Source: Oopsacas minuta
Lineage: Eukaryota > Animalia > Porifera
NCBI GenBank assembly: GCA_024704765.1
Contig: JAKMXF010000334.1
Coordinates: 124,001 to 188,000, forward strand
DNA: 64,000 nt
Reading direction: 5' to 3'
Positions 48,470-59,357 of the stretch are shown piece after piece. A program made the translations under genes and the position numbers. The notes under the pieces were generated by a model, which did no database searches, was not told the DNA's origin, and worked only from the letters and a program-made list of their open reading frames with translations. Every line of letters starts with the position of its first letter. Position 1 is the first letter of the stretch.

Positions 48470-49753
48470 TTAGAATGCTATGAGGTTATATTTCTCGCTA
48501 TGCTGAGCAATAATAATTCTGTTATTCTTGTCAATAGCCACTCCTAGAGGACAACGAAGCATTTCATCTTCTGCTAGGTTACTGTTAGAGATTGTATGGA
48601 TTAGCTTTCCTGAATTAGAGAATATTTTTATTTCATTTCTAAAGTAATTAGGAGTGATAATATTCCCGAATTGATCTATCGTGAAGAAATCGCAAAGCTT
48701 AATCCATGTTTCCTCAATAATACACCTGACTAGCTCTCCGTCTAGACGGAATATTTGTAGATGGAAGAGAGAGTTATTGAACTTTACATACATGTTATCT
48801 TGGTATAGTTTTATAGAAGTAATGCTTTTACGATCAGTAACGTGAGGAGTATTGAGAATTATTCGATTTTGTACTTTTAGTTCCATATCAAGCAAGAGTA
48901 TTGATAGGTTGTATTGTTCACATACATATAGCGTATTGTTTGTGTATATATCCATTCCAAAGACATAATTCTCTAGCTTCACTGATTTGGTTGTTTTGTG
49001 GTTAGATCTTCCTATCTTAACTATTGTATTATCAGCTGATACATAAATAAATTCATTAGTTAGAGCAATGCCGCTAGGATTTTTAGGTGTTGATATGTTG
49101 TAGAGATATTTTCCTTCTTTGTTGAATATCTTAATGTTGTGAGCCTTATTATCAACAATGTATATATTCTCAGAGATTGGATCGATTGCTATTTGATCTG
49201 GCCACTCGATCCGACTAGGACCTGTCCCTTCACGGGACCATACGGGACGTAGCTTTCTGGAATAGTCCTCAGTTCTGAATGGTTTCTCCTTGAATGTAAC
49301 AACCTTACACACCTCAATGATCGATTGTTCCAGCTGTTCCCTCTTCCATTCCAAATCTACCCACCTCACATTAACACCTCTTCCTTTCTCTTCCCTGATT
49401 TTCTCATCTAGTGTACTCAAGTTCTTCTGTAGTACTTCTCTGAGTTTATTCTTAGTTAACTCTTTATCTAACGCTTCTTTGGCTTTTTGTAACTCCTGTA
49501 TGACATCTATCTTTTCCTTAACCTCTAACCTAGCTCGTACAACAACATCATCTAATTCTACTAACAAACTCTGCTCTCTGACAGCTAACAGACTGTGTAG
49601 CTGTTGGAAGATGTCACGTACTTTATCTTTCTCATGTTGGACCTGTTCCACAAGGATTTCTAGTTCTCTTTCCCACTCATTTCCCTCAATTAGTTCAACT
49701 TCTGCTGGTACTCGTGTTGCCATAATATTTTGGTTCAGTTCTAATTGATACAT
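48470..49753 (-). CDS. Coiled-coil + NHL-repeat protein, 427 aa (copy B of inverted pair)
   Basis: Identical to copy A except for 14 substitutions in the NHL region. Homology extends about 165 bp upstream of the ATG and about 20 bp past the stop. Confidence 0.9.
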   Translation of the reverse strand: MYQLELNQNIMATRVPAEVELIEGNEWERELEILVEQVQHEKDKVRDIFQQLHSLLAVREQSLLVELDDVVVRARLEVKEKIDVIQELQKAKEALDKELTKNKLREVLQKNLSTLDEKIREEKGRGVNVRWVDLEWKREQLEQSIIEVCKVVTFKEKPFRTEDYSRKLRPVWSREGTGPSRIEWPDQIAIDPISENIYIVDNKAHNIKIFNKEGKYLYNISTPKNPSGIALTNEFIYVSADNTIVKIGRSNHKTTKSVKLENYVFGMDIYTNNTLYVCEQYNLSILLLDMELKVQNRIILNTPHVTDRKSITSIKLYQDNMYVKFNNSLFHLQIFRLDGELVRCIIEETWIKLCDFFTIDQFGNIITPNYFRNEIKIFSNSGKLIHTISNSNLAEDEMLRCPLGVAIDKNNRIIIAQHSEKYNLIAF

Positions 49754-50483
49754 AACAATCTATTCAGTAAATTTATATAAGAACTGAGTTCATATTAACT
49801 TTTAGATTTCTATCAAGTTTCAATAGAATTAATATTAAACCATTTATAGAAGAGTTATAGCTAATACAAGAATATTGGAAAATATATACAAATCTGTTTG
49901 TTTGTTTGTTGTTAAGGAAAGGATTTACGGTATACAATTTTGTAGCTATGTATTTATCGTGTTTATCAAGGAATGAAATAGAATTAAATGAAACTTCACC
50001 AAATATATCGAACATGCTGAATCCGATTTTTCACACTTTTGGATTAATCATATGTAAATTTATTGTTGTTTTTATGAATATAAAGTAAACAAATTTCAAA
50101 ATTGAGGTAGAATCATACTTTCAAACGATTATCCTGTGTTAATCGGGTATGCTGAGTCTGAATATTGTAAACAACATCACTAAATCTCAATTGTTGTTTG
50201 TCTGTTGAATTCCTCGAGGCGAAATGTGAAAGTTAAAGTAGTTCTGAATAGATAATTGAATAAAGTTCGTTATGAATACAGATACATAATATAATATCCT
50301 ATATCTTCAAATTCTATGACCAAGGTCGGGAACTTTTTGGACGCCGTTGTATTATTGCCTATCCAATTTTATGGACAAGTAATCCCGGTTTCGAATACTA
50401 GTAAGAACTAATATAAAGAAGGTAATACCCATTAATTATTCTATTCATTTCTACTTTAAAATTTTTTGATCAGTAGTCTATAG

Positions 50484-50576
50484 CATTGGTTCTCAACCTT
50501 TTTTCTTCCGCGGACCCCTGCCAATAAACATAACGAAAACATTTTAGGGCTGCGGCCCCCATGTTGAGAACCACTG
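50484..50576. mobile_element. 93-bp hAT-type MITE with perfect 8-bp target-site duplication
   Basis: GTCTATAG|CATTGGTTCTCAAC...GTTGAGAACCACTG|GTCTATAG. Confidence 0.92.
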
Positions 50577-50900
50577 GTCTATAGCGAGCTACGGCCTTTT
50601 TACTCACTTTTTAGACCATTTGTATTATGATCAATACACAATGAATTATGCCTTGAGCTCCTGGTTATCCTTTGCCTAGAATTTGGTGATTGTGAACGTT
50701 TACAGGTGCCCAGAGATATTCTTAGGGACATCGTAATAAGTCTGTGAACACTGACTATGCAATAGATTAATCAATTGATCAACCACTTTTTAACAATTGT
50801 CGACGCTCTTGATTCTGCGACCGCGTGTCCTACTAGATTGCGCCATAACTCATTACACCTACAGGTATGTATTTATTATATTCTACTTAGCAAACTTAGC

Positions 50901-53900
50901 ATGCTCTCCCTTGAAAAACTCTTCTATCAACATCAATACCAACCATTAGAGTTATCCACTTATCTATCAGATTACATAGGAGAAGCTAAGAGTTCTATCA
51001 AACAAGAAGAATGTACTAAAAGATTGTATCAGCTGTTTATTAGATTTTTCAATAAATTCTCAACTTTCCAAGATTCTAGTTTATCACATCTAATCCTGAG
51101 TATCAGCTTTTCTATACTTACATATCTCTGCGAAAACTCACACGGTAGTTTTTCGAATTTCTTCCAATTCGGTTTATCTACATTTCTAACCGAACAAATT
51201 CCAGTGAAACAACTAACTGAAAACGAGAATAGTTTCACAAAATTTCTTTCTATGATTCATTTATTATGCGACACTCATAAGAAAACTGAACTAGAACCAC
51301 TCTGCCACTTTATTGTGCCACTTTTAGACACACTTCTACGCGATCACATCAAAATACAAACTAGAATTCTTTCTTCTAGTCTGGTCAACAAACTCACGGA
51401 TAATATTTCTCCCTCTACAGTATTCCAATTGAAAAGCAGCAAAGCTTTCAGCTCAGTAATAGTAAGTATTGGCAAGAACATAGGTGATATGGGAGATATA
51501 TTCTTACAGAGTGACGTCATAGAGAGTATATTTAGATTGACTAGTAGAACAGAACGTGTACGTCTGGCTGGTATTCTATTCACTTCTCCACAGATTGCCA
51601 GCGCATTTAAGGAAATTTCAGAAGAATATTTTGAGAAAGAATCAAGAAATTTCTTGAACACGCTCAATACAAGTTTATCCTCTCAACGAAAAGTATTTTC
51701 TTATCCTTGTACAAAAGCAGAGTTGGACGGCACTAGTATAACCCGGCCGACTGAGCTAGAATTCCTATGGGCTGATTTTAATTCAGCTTCACAGACATTA
51801 ACAATGTTCATTTCAAACCCTTGTAATGCCTCAACACCTGAATGGGTGACAGCATATTTTAGAAAAGAGAATTTCACACAACTCACTCTATCTTCTTCCA
51901 AACAGGGCTACCACCTGAATGCTAAACTATCTGTCAGTAAGCAAGAGATTTGTGATGTATTTCCTATAACTACAACACCATTGCTATTACAGCTGTCTTT
52001 CAGTCATGAATATAATCCTACACTCGGATTAACAGCTGCACTCGGTTACACAGGTACTATAGTGAATATATCCGTCAGTAGTGACAGGTGTGACAGACAG
52101 ACTCTAATCAGAGCTTCTATGTCAATACAGGCTATACACTTGATAACAAATGAATCTGGACTTATAAACTCACAAGTAACTAATACTATGCAGCTGCCTG
52201 GAAGACAGCAACATGATGTTGTCAGCCCTATTAAACCGTCCTCTCAAGATCCTCACAAGTGTCATGTCCCCCTCACTCACCCTACAACTCCTGTTACTCC
52301 CATTCCCTCAGTAGACCCAAAAACTTCGACACCTATCCGACGGGCTAGCTTAACGCCTAATTTCACGCCTAATAATATTCATCTAATCAAAGATCAGTCA
52401 GAAAGTGTACTTGCGCTTTCTGATAAGATATATCAATCACAGAGAGTGCAGAATAAGTGTGAAAAACCGCAAATTCGTCCTTCCAGTCTTACTACACACG
52501 TGACTATACCTGTAGATCAAACCACTGGTAACAATAGAGAGAAGGCGTCTCGCTTAGAAATAATAACTCAGGAATTACAACGTTCTGAGGAAATAACCAG
52601 TTCTATCACTAAACAAACCATGGATACATCAGTTCATAAGATCAGTGAAAATACAGATAATGTGGATCATATAGAAGAGATATGTATAGATACTCCACAA
52701 TCTGTACGAGTTAGCAATCTTAAGAAAACTTTTCACGAGGAATCACATCTCCTCAAACGCAGAGCAAAGAGTAGACGTATATGTGGACACTCCCCACCCA
52801 CAAAACTACGTAAAACATCTAAAGATAGACTACAAGAATCGATCTGCTCTAGATTAAATGTATTGGAGGTATTACGAGAGAAGGTTAAAGAGAATGAAAA
52901 TGTAAAGGGAAAGGAAAATGTAGAAATAGTAGATGATTCGCCAATCTCAATCCGAGATGACACTTCGCCATTTAAGCTGACATCAACTAACACCACACCC
53001 TCGCCTTTCCCTGTACACAAAGGAAAAAAGAAAATAGCTCTGTCTCACTCATTTAGCTCACTGAATGATTCATTTTCTCCACTATTATTACATAATATTT
53101 CAAGATATAAACGAATCGCTCCGAAATCAGACAACTCTCCCGTAGAAACTCGAAATCCATTAAAATACACCAAACAAGCAACCCGTATCACTCAACAGAA
53201 GCGTAACACTAATACAACGACTCCCCAAAAGACACGTGTACGTAAACGTGCAGCTAAATATTCTTCTCCAGATAGCTCAGACCAATCTGTGTTCTCTCCT
53301 GTCTTAGACCGTTCTTTTAAGTTGCCTAGCAACAGAACGCGGTCTAGGAATGATAAAAAGAACTCAACAGGAAAGAGAGCAAGAAATGATGATTCAGAAA
53401 TTCAGGATGAATCAATGCTTGTGGATACATTTGATGAAAAGAATATCACGAGTTCCAAATCGAAAAAATCGATTCAACAAAAGACCAGAAAATCCGTAAC
53501 TCTAAAATCAAATTCCTTGAAGAACATACTACCTTTTACTTCCGGTATAAATCCAAATAATTCGATTTCTACAAAACATTCATCAAACCAAATCCAATCT
53601 TTCAAAATTTATGTACCATCAGCACTAAAGCCATTAGACAAAAACCTCCATAACTATGAACGTAATCTCAAAACGGTTTACACACCAAAACCTGATTCGA
53701 AAAATGATACTGTTAAGCAGTTATTCATTCAAATGAAGGAGTTAATGGCTACTGAGCATGAACGTATGTATTCTCTATACAAAGATTGGTATCTTGAAAC
53801 ACGAAAACTTATCACTACAATCTCAGAGGCACAACAATCAGAGAATGAACTGAAATTAGAGTTACAAAATGAATGTAAAAATGCTATAAATGAAATATAC

Positions 53901-53969
53901 AAAACTATCCAGAAACAAGAGGTTTCTGTTATGAAGAAACGGATTAAGTCATTCATTATAAAAATATGA
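50901..53969 (+). CDS. SYCP2: Synaptonemal-complex axial element protein SYCP2-like, intronless, 1022 aa from the first ATG
   Basis: QSDVIESIFRLT...SAFKEISEEYFEKESRNFLNTLN...RKVFSYPCTKAEL...LWADFNSASQTLTMF...W matches the ARM-like/Spt16M-like junction of SYCP2 (F-E-T-D-C-R-x-F-L-N...R-V-F-T-F-P-C...F-W-I-D-F-N-x-G-S-Q-T-L). A long S/T/K-rich disordered middle and a C-terminal coiled coil follow. Confidence 0.85.
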   Translation: MLSLEKLFYQHQYQPLELSTYLSDYIGEAKSSIKQEECTKRLYQLFIRFFNKFSTFQDSSLSHLILSISFSILTYLCENSHGSFSNFFQFGLSTFLTEQIPVKQLTENENSFTKFLSMIHLLCDTHKKTELEPLCHFIVPLLDTLLRDHIKIQTRILSSSLVNKLTDNISPSTVFQLKSSKAFSSVIVSIGKNIGDMGDIFLQSDVIESIFRLTSRTERVRLAGILFTSPQIASAFKEISEEYFEKESRNFLNTLNTSLSSQRKVFSYPCTKAELDGTSITRPTELEFLWADFNSASQTLTMFISNPCNASTPEWVTAYFRKENFTQLTLSSSKQGYHLNAKLSVSKQEICDVFPITTTPLLLQLSFSHEYNPTLGLTAALGYTGTIVNISVSSDRCDRQTLIRASMSIQAIHLITNESGLINSQVTNTMQLPGRQQHDVVSPIKPSSQDPHKCHVPLTHPTTPVTPIPSVDPKTSTPIRRASLTPNFTPNNIHLIKDQSESVLALSDKIYQSQRVQNKCEKPQIRPSSLTTHVTIPVDQTTGNNREKASRLEIITQELQRSEEITSSITKQTMDTSVHKISENTDNVDHIEEICIDTPQSVRVSNLKKTFHEESHLLKRRAKSRRICGHSPPTKLRKTSKDRLQESICSRLNVLEVLREKVKENENVKGKENVEIVDDSPISIRDDTSPFKLTSTNTTPSPFPVHKGKKKIALSHSFSSLNDSFSPLLLHNISRYKRIAPKSDNSPVETRNPLKYTKQATRITQQKRNTNTTTPQKTRVRKRAAKYSSPDSSDQSVFSPVLDRSFKLPSNRTRSRNDKKNSTGKRARNDDSEIQDESMLVDTFDEKNITSSKSKKSIQQKTRKSVTLKSNSLKNILPFTSGINPNNSISTKHSSNQIQSFKIYVPSALKPLDKNLHNYERNLKTVYTPKPDSKNDTVKQLFIQMKELMATEHERMYSLYKDWYLETRKLITTISEAQQSENELKLELQNECKNAINEIYKTIQKQEVSVMKKRIKSFIIKI

Positions 53970-54715
53970 TCCATGAAGCTGATTTAATACTCGAATATTA
54001 TCAAATTTATTCATATTATCAGGGAAATATGAACTGGTTGTGTGCTGCTATGATTTTCGCGAAAGTATAATTATTGCTGCTAATCTCTCATGTACTTATT
54101 CATTGTAATGATGCTGATATATTAATCTTGTCTATTTAGCATGCTTTTAATATTAACTAGCGGGCTTAACTTGCTAGATACGCGACCAGATATACTGGCC
54201 ACAAGTCCACAGCGTGACTCCAATTCATAAAATAGAAGATTTATTATTTATGGTCCATACAAATTACTTATAATGGCTTTCTGTAGTAATTACAGCTGCT
54301 ACGTAGCTTTGGGTCATTGATCTCGGACTTTATGCCTTCGAGTATTAAGAAATTCTCTATTTTTAAGAAATTTGGAAAAATTTTGTACCGTTGTGATGAC
54401 GTAATAATTCCATGATGAGATTGGATTTGGTAAAAATCCTAACATCGGTACATTCGGTATATTGGCGCATGGGTGAGCAATGTCCAATAATGTGAATTTT
54501 GGAAAACCAAAAAAGGGGTTACAATTCGTCACATGTGTTAATTTTGGTCTAAGACTCGTAGATATTCGAGCCAGGTCCAAAAACCAGCCATGGAGTATTT
54601 CAGTTTCTTCAATCAATTCCAAACATACAAACATATGTATGAATATCTACACAGATTTAATAATCGCGTTTGTATATTTGGTTAAATAGACCGAAATAGA
54701 GGAAAATAGGTATCC

Positions 54716-54829
54716 TAGGGCGTAACTAGCATTGAGGCAGAAGAGGAAGTTGCCTCATCTCGCTATTGCAATCGCCATTATATTGAAGCAGAAATCCATC
54801 CTCGCTCTGGGATCTCTAGTTACGCCCTA
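54716..54829. mobile_element. 114-bp MITE
   Basis: Perfect 14-bp TIR TAGGGCGTAACTAG / CTAGTTACGCCCTA; target-site duplication degenerate (GTATC on both sides). Confidence 0.8.
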
Positions 54830-54959
54830 AGTATCAATGGAAATGATTGTTTTCCGCATAATATAATACGAATAATTCACTTTCAAGACCCTCAACTTTG
54901 TATTAGCAAATTGTGTGACAGAAGTAAGGTTTTCATCCCGGGATCTTTGTTCAGGTCAC

Positions 54960-55700
54960 CTCTGAGATTCGTCAATTATGGTTTGTGAATGTGTTGTGTA
55001 GGAGGGAAGGTGGAATGGCGCTTAGTTAGCCTTCCCTGAATAAATGAGTATATTACGAGGTGGTTAGGAAGGCCTGATTTATCTGTGGTGAAGTCATCAC
55101 TCCTCCAGATTGAATTCGCGTATAGTTTCATGATTGCATGTGGCTGCTGTGCATGTGTTGTACGTTCGAGTGGGCAGGATTTATTTTGGACGTAGAACAA
55201 ACAGTGTTTTCGTTCGTTCTTGGCTGGTATGGTCTCGTCCACATTTAGCAGTTGGCACATATGAAGAGTTAAGTTTGTCAGTGTACTAATGTCGGTCGTT
55301 GTCAGGATAGTTGTTGTTGCGATACATTTATCGCATGGGTACTTCATTGATACAATTGGTTTCAGGTTTTAAATGTACTTGGTGAGATAAGCACACTCTG
55401 TTAGTGCTGCCTCAAGAATAAGTTTGAGAGTGACCCAACAGAGTGTGCTTATCGATACCTGGTGATTTACCAAATGCCAACGTTGTGGAGCTTGAAGTTA
55501 GTATCAGCGTCATAATAGTCAGTAGTACTGTCCATTACTGCAGAATAGCCTAATGCCTTGACATGTGCTAGATAAATTCGTGCCATGGTTTCTAGCGTCT
55601 GTCGTTTAAACATAAGAGTAGGTCCCGCTACTCTTGTCTGCTTGAACAATGCACAAGCCCTGTTGACGAAATTGCATATTTAATTTGTTCAATAGGGCTG
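54960..55700 (-). mobile_element. Degenerate coding-like fragment, possibly piggyBac-type transposase
   Basis: Locally higher GC; broken frames including LLNVDETIPAKNERKHCLFYVQNK, weakly similar to the piggyBac first-Asp motif (xVDExxxP.K.R....Y+..K). No termini found. Confidence 0.3.
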
Positions 55701-56497
55701 CACGCCTGCGCAATACTCTCCACAAAATTGTTCAATAGAGTTCAGTTCGATATAATTACTGGTACAATTCAATTTCCCCTAAACATTTAAAAGTAAGAAT
55801 GTAAGAATGAAAGTGAGATTGTGTTCAACATGAGCCTCACATTAGATCCGTGAGACTTGACAACTAACAGTGGTAATACTAGCTAGTAGTAGTATCTACC
55901 AAGTAGGAGCAAGGGTTTATCTAAATGCTTGGCAGGCACCTAAAAGTGCAAATTCAGCACATGGAAGACACAAAGTTCCGACCGTGTGACTCAAATAAGT
56001 ACAGGATCAATATAGTACTCTCTAAAAAAGTTCCGGCCCAGAAATTCCATTTTTGGAGGAATCACAAAATGCGAAAATGATGATGAGGCGGATGTTCGGA
56101 TTGATCTGGATCAGGTGACCAGATGGGATTTTCCCATATATTAATAAATACTCAGCAAGTAGAATAGGTAGTTGCACCTCGGGTATGAAATTTCTAAAGT
56201 GATTAATCATATTTCCCCACCTTTCTATGCAAATTCAAAAGCATCTAGAGTTTTAGTTTCAACATGTTAAGGGGTAATTGGGTGCCTAAGTACAATTTTG
56301 TGATTTTCGGACTTAAGTAACAGATTTATCATATGGGTATAATTGATCTTATTTTTACCATTTACCACAAATCATTTGTATTGGGTAGAAATATGACTGG
56401 ATTGGAGTGGGCAGACCATTTTGCTATCTCCCCGAAAAGAGTGCATATGACCCAAGTATTGTGATTATTATACTATGAAATATCGATTTTTGGAGGT

Positions 56498-56595
56498 CGA
56501 ACTGTCCATGTAGCGAACTGTCCATGTAGCGAAGTGTCCATGTATGGAATGTCCATATATGGAAATGTCCATGCAACGAAGTGTCCGTGTAGTGA
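56498..56595. repeat. Degenerating ~17-bp tandem repeat (CGAACTGTCCATGTAG-like, about 6 units)
   Basis: Direct sequence; no spacers between units. Confidence 0.85.
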
Positions 56596-56860
56596 TATTC
56601 CCAACAATAATATGTTGCTTACTTTTGTGTTTATTTTTGCTCTTTCTACCTAAAATACTTTCATAATAATGGAGACTATGAATTGGATAAGTTTCATTTT
56701 AGTAAAATTCATGGTTGAATTGTATTACTTATTCTCTTAGTGTCTATCATAGTGTAATGTGGTGAAAATTCATGATTGTATTATAAACTGTGATATTTAC
56801 TTATTTATTTGTTCTTTTGCTTTAGTCAATCACTTATAGGAATTGAATTCACATGTCATA

Positions 56861-59357
56861 ATGTCTTGGTATTTCACCAAACAACAGATCACCAGTAGTC
56901 CGTCTCGTCGAGCCGGTATAAGTGAGGCTGAAGAAAGCAAGCTCCGTAAGGAGGGAGCTAAATTCATAAAGAGCTGCTCTAACACGTTATGTTTACGCTA
57001 CGATACCATAGCGACAGCAGTAGTTTTCTTCCATCGTTTCTACATGAAAGAATCGATCGTAGAATACAAGAAGACTGTGTTAGCATGTGCTTGTGTGTTT
57101 TTAGCGGGGAAAGTCGAGGAAACACCGAAAAAAGCGCGGGATATCCTCAAAACCACGCGGGAACTGGTGAAACCAAAAGAATGGTTAGATTTCGGAGAAA
57201 ATCCAAAAGAGGCACTCTTTCTTCACGAGAAAATTCTGCTTCAGAGGATAAACTTTGACCTCAACGTATCTCATCCCTACGCGCATCTACTGAAGTTCGC
57301 TAAGGGACTAAAAGGAGACAAGGCAAAACTACAGAAACTCGTTCAAGTATGTTGATATTAGACTTACTTTAGACTTATAAACGACAGTTCTTTGTTACAG
57401 GAATTTCTTACTTACGTAAAATCATACAATTATTTCCAAGCAAATTTTCTAAAACTCTTGAAATTTTTATTGGAAAGTTACGAATACATTATTACGTCAT
57501 TCTTTATTTGAAATTTATTTCACTTCGTAATCAATGCAAACTGAGCTAGCACAATAATTATATTATTCTTATCTCGTTATCCTTTGGAATTTGGGTTTCA
57601 TCTATACTGTACTTCGCCTACCAGTCATCTTAGTTGACTAATTCATTGAATATCGCAAATAATTCTGAATTACTCAATGATTAATGGCATTTATTCCATA
57701 CAGGAAATTTCTGTTTAACCAAAATGGAATGAAATGTACCCGAAAATATCGACATTAGAATTTACATTAACTTCATGATCCACTTTGGTTCTGAATGTAA
57801 TGATATTTATTATATACTTACTCCCTTTTTATATCAATTAGATCGTATACTGCCATGTATTACGTCACACAATATGCTAGCTATATTGCCCATACATCAT
57901 AAGCTATCCATGTATTAGCTCCTACAATACCTATACGCATAATTACGAATACTTGAGTGACGTAATTAAGCATACTCGTGTAGGTAGCATGGAACTTTAT
58001 CAACGACAGTCTGGTAACAACTCTGTGTCTCCAGTGGGAGCCTGAACCAGCAGCTGTTGCCTTCCTTTATCTAGCTGCTAAAGTTTCCAAACACGACTTA
58101 CAGGGCAGCTCTAAGAAATCATGGTGGCTTAAGTTCGTGAATAATGTAGATCAACATGATCTGGAGGATATATGTGGGATTGTACTGGATTCATATGAAG
58201 AAGATGAAGTAGAAAAAGAGAGTAAGTTTATTATGACGTCATGTTATGCTATTTATAAACATTCTACTCACTTCTTCACTCCTAGGAAAGTTTTCCTCTG
58301 ATTTAATATACGACGATAGTTTCGTTATAACCGACTTGATTATAACAGGAGTTTGTTGTATCTAATTTTTGAAAATTTCTTTCCTCATATATGGAATTGA
58401 ATATTTCTCAATTTTTATTCGAATATTCTTCTAATCTACTATACGATAGAACTAATGAGAACTTCTTCATACACCTGAATATTTTTAGTTCCGATTCAGT
58501 TTAATACTATCCAAATTCAGATGAGACAGCACTCAGTTAATATGTACTAATCTTTGTTTACTGAAAAGTACGTCTTATCTGAGTTCTACTAGATTTTATC
58601 TATAACATTTATTAAATGTATCTATTAATACAACAGCTTTACCTCATCCTTACACCTGATTTCATTAGGTCTCCAGATAGTTACAGCAGCAGCTAATGTA
58701 GCATCCAGCTCTCTAGACAGACGTAAAGATAGTATTAATCACATGAAGCAGACTGATCTAGCTACCCTCCTGTCTAACAGTCTAGATCCTTCCCTCCTCT
58801 CTCTGCACCAGCCATCTCTCACTCCAGGAGCCCCTCTCTTCTCAGAAGAGCAACTCCTTAAACAGCTGTTCAGCAGCTCTAACGCACAGTTAGCTAACTC
58901 CCTATTAACCCATTCAATATCTCCTGCTAATAGCCAATACTCTAATGCAATAGATCCACAAGCTGTAGCTCAAGCTAAATCAACAATTAATGATTTTTTA
59001 GCGAAATCTCTCACTCCCTCGTCAGCTGTTTTCAACAACATAATAGGTAACAATACCCTTAGTCAGCCTCCTCCTCCTCCTCCTCTCCCCACACATGATT
59101 CTCTTCCACCTAAAAGCTCGAGAAAACATATAATTCATAATCGAGACAACTCTGCAGCCCCCCCACCCCCCAAACGACCCCCACCTCCTCCCTCTATGAT
59201 ACACCCTCCGTTACCGTTCCCATTGGATCACCCGCCTCACCCAAGACACCCGCCTAACCCCCCTCCTCCTCCTCCTCCTCCCTCTTATCCACACCCCTAT
59301 CCGACTCCCAGGCACCAATCACATCACAACTCACATGACAGGTCTGCTAACTGGTAA
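56861..59357 (+). CDS. CCNK: Cyclin K, about 470 aa; exons 56861-57346, 57984-58221, 58669-59357
   Basis: WYF, LRYDTIATAVVFFHRFY, CVFLAGKVEETPKK, EKILLQRINFDLNVSHPY, KLQKLVQ-VAWNFINDSL.TTLCLQWEP, and a proline-rich C-terminal tail; phases 0 and 1 consistent. Confidence 0.96.

Noticed and set aside
45410-49748. 152-aa ORFs antisense to both NHL copies, and similar antisense ORFs inside TMEM175, SLC15, WD40, SYCP2 and the TRAF fragment
   Set aside because: Shadow frames of real genes (Ser/Leu/Phe-rich mirror of Glu/Lys-rich coiled coil); no independent evidence.
50775-50900. ORF-track N-terminal extension of SYCP2 (and of NHL 31264-31320)
   Set aside because: These begin at TTG codons and run through intron/outron-like T-rich sequence; first ATGs at 50901 and 31321 are preferred.
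56498-56595. Regular short repeats as a CRISPR-like array
   Set aside because: Units are directly adjacent without unique spacers, eukaryotic context, no cas genes; ordinary minisatellite or MITE subterminal repeat.
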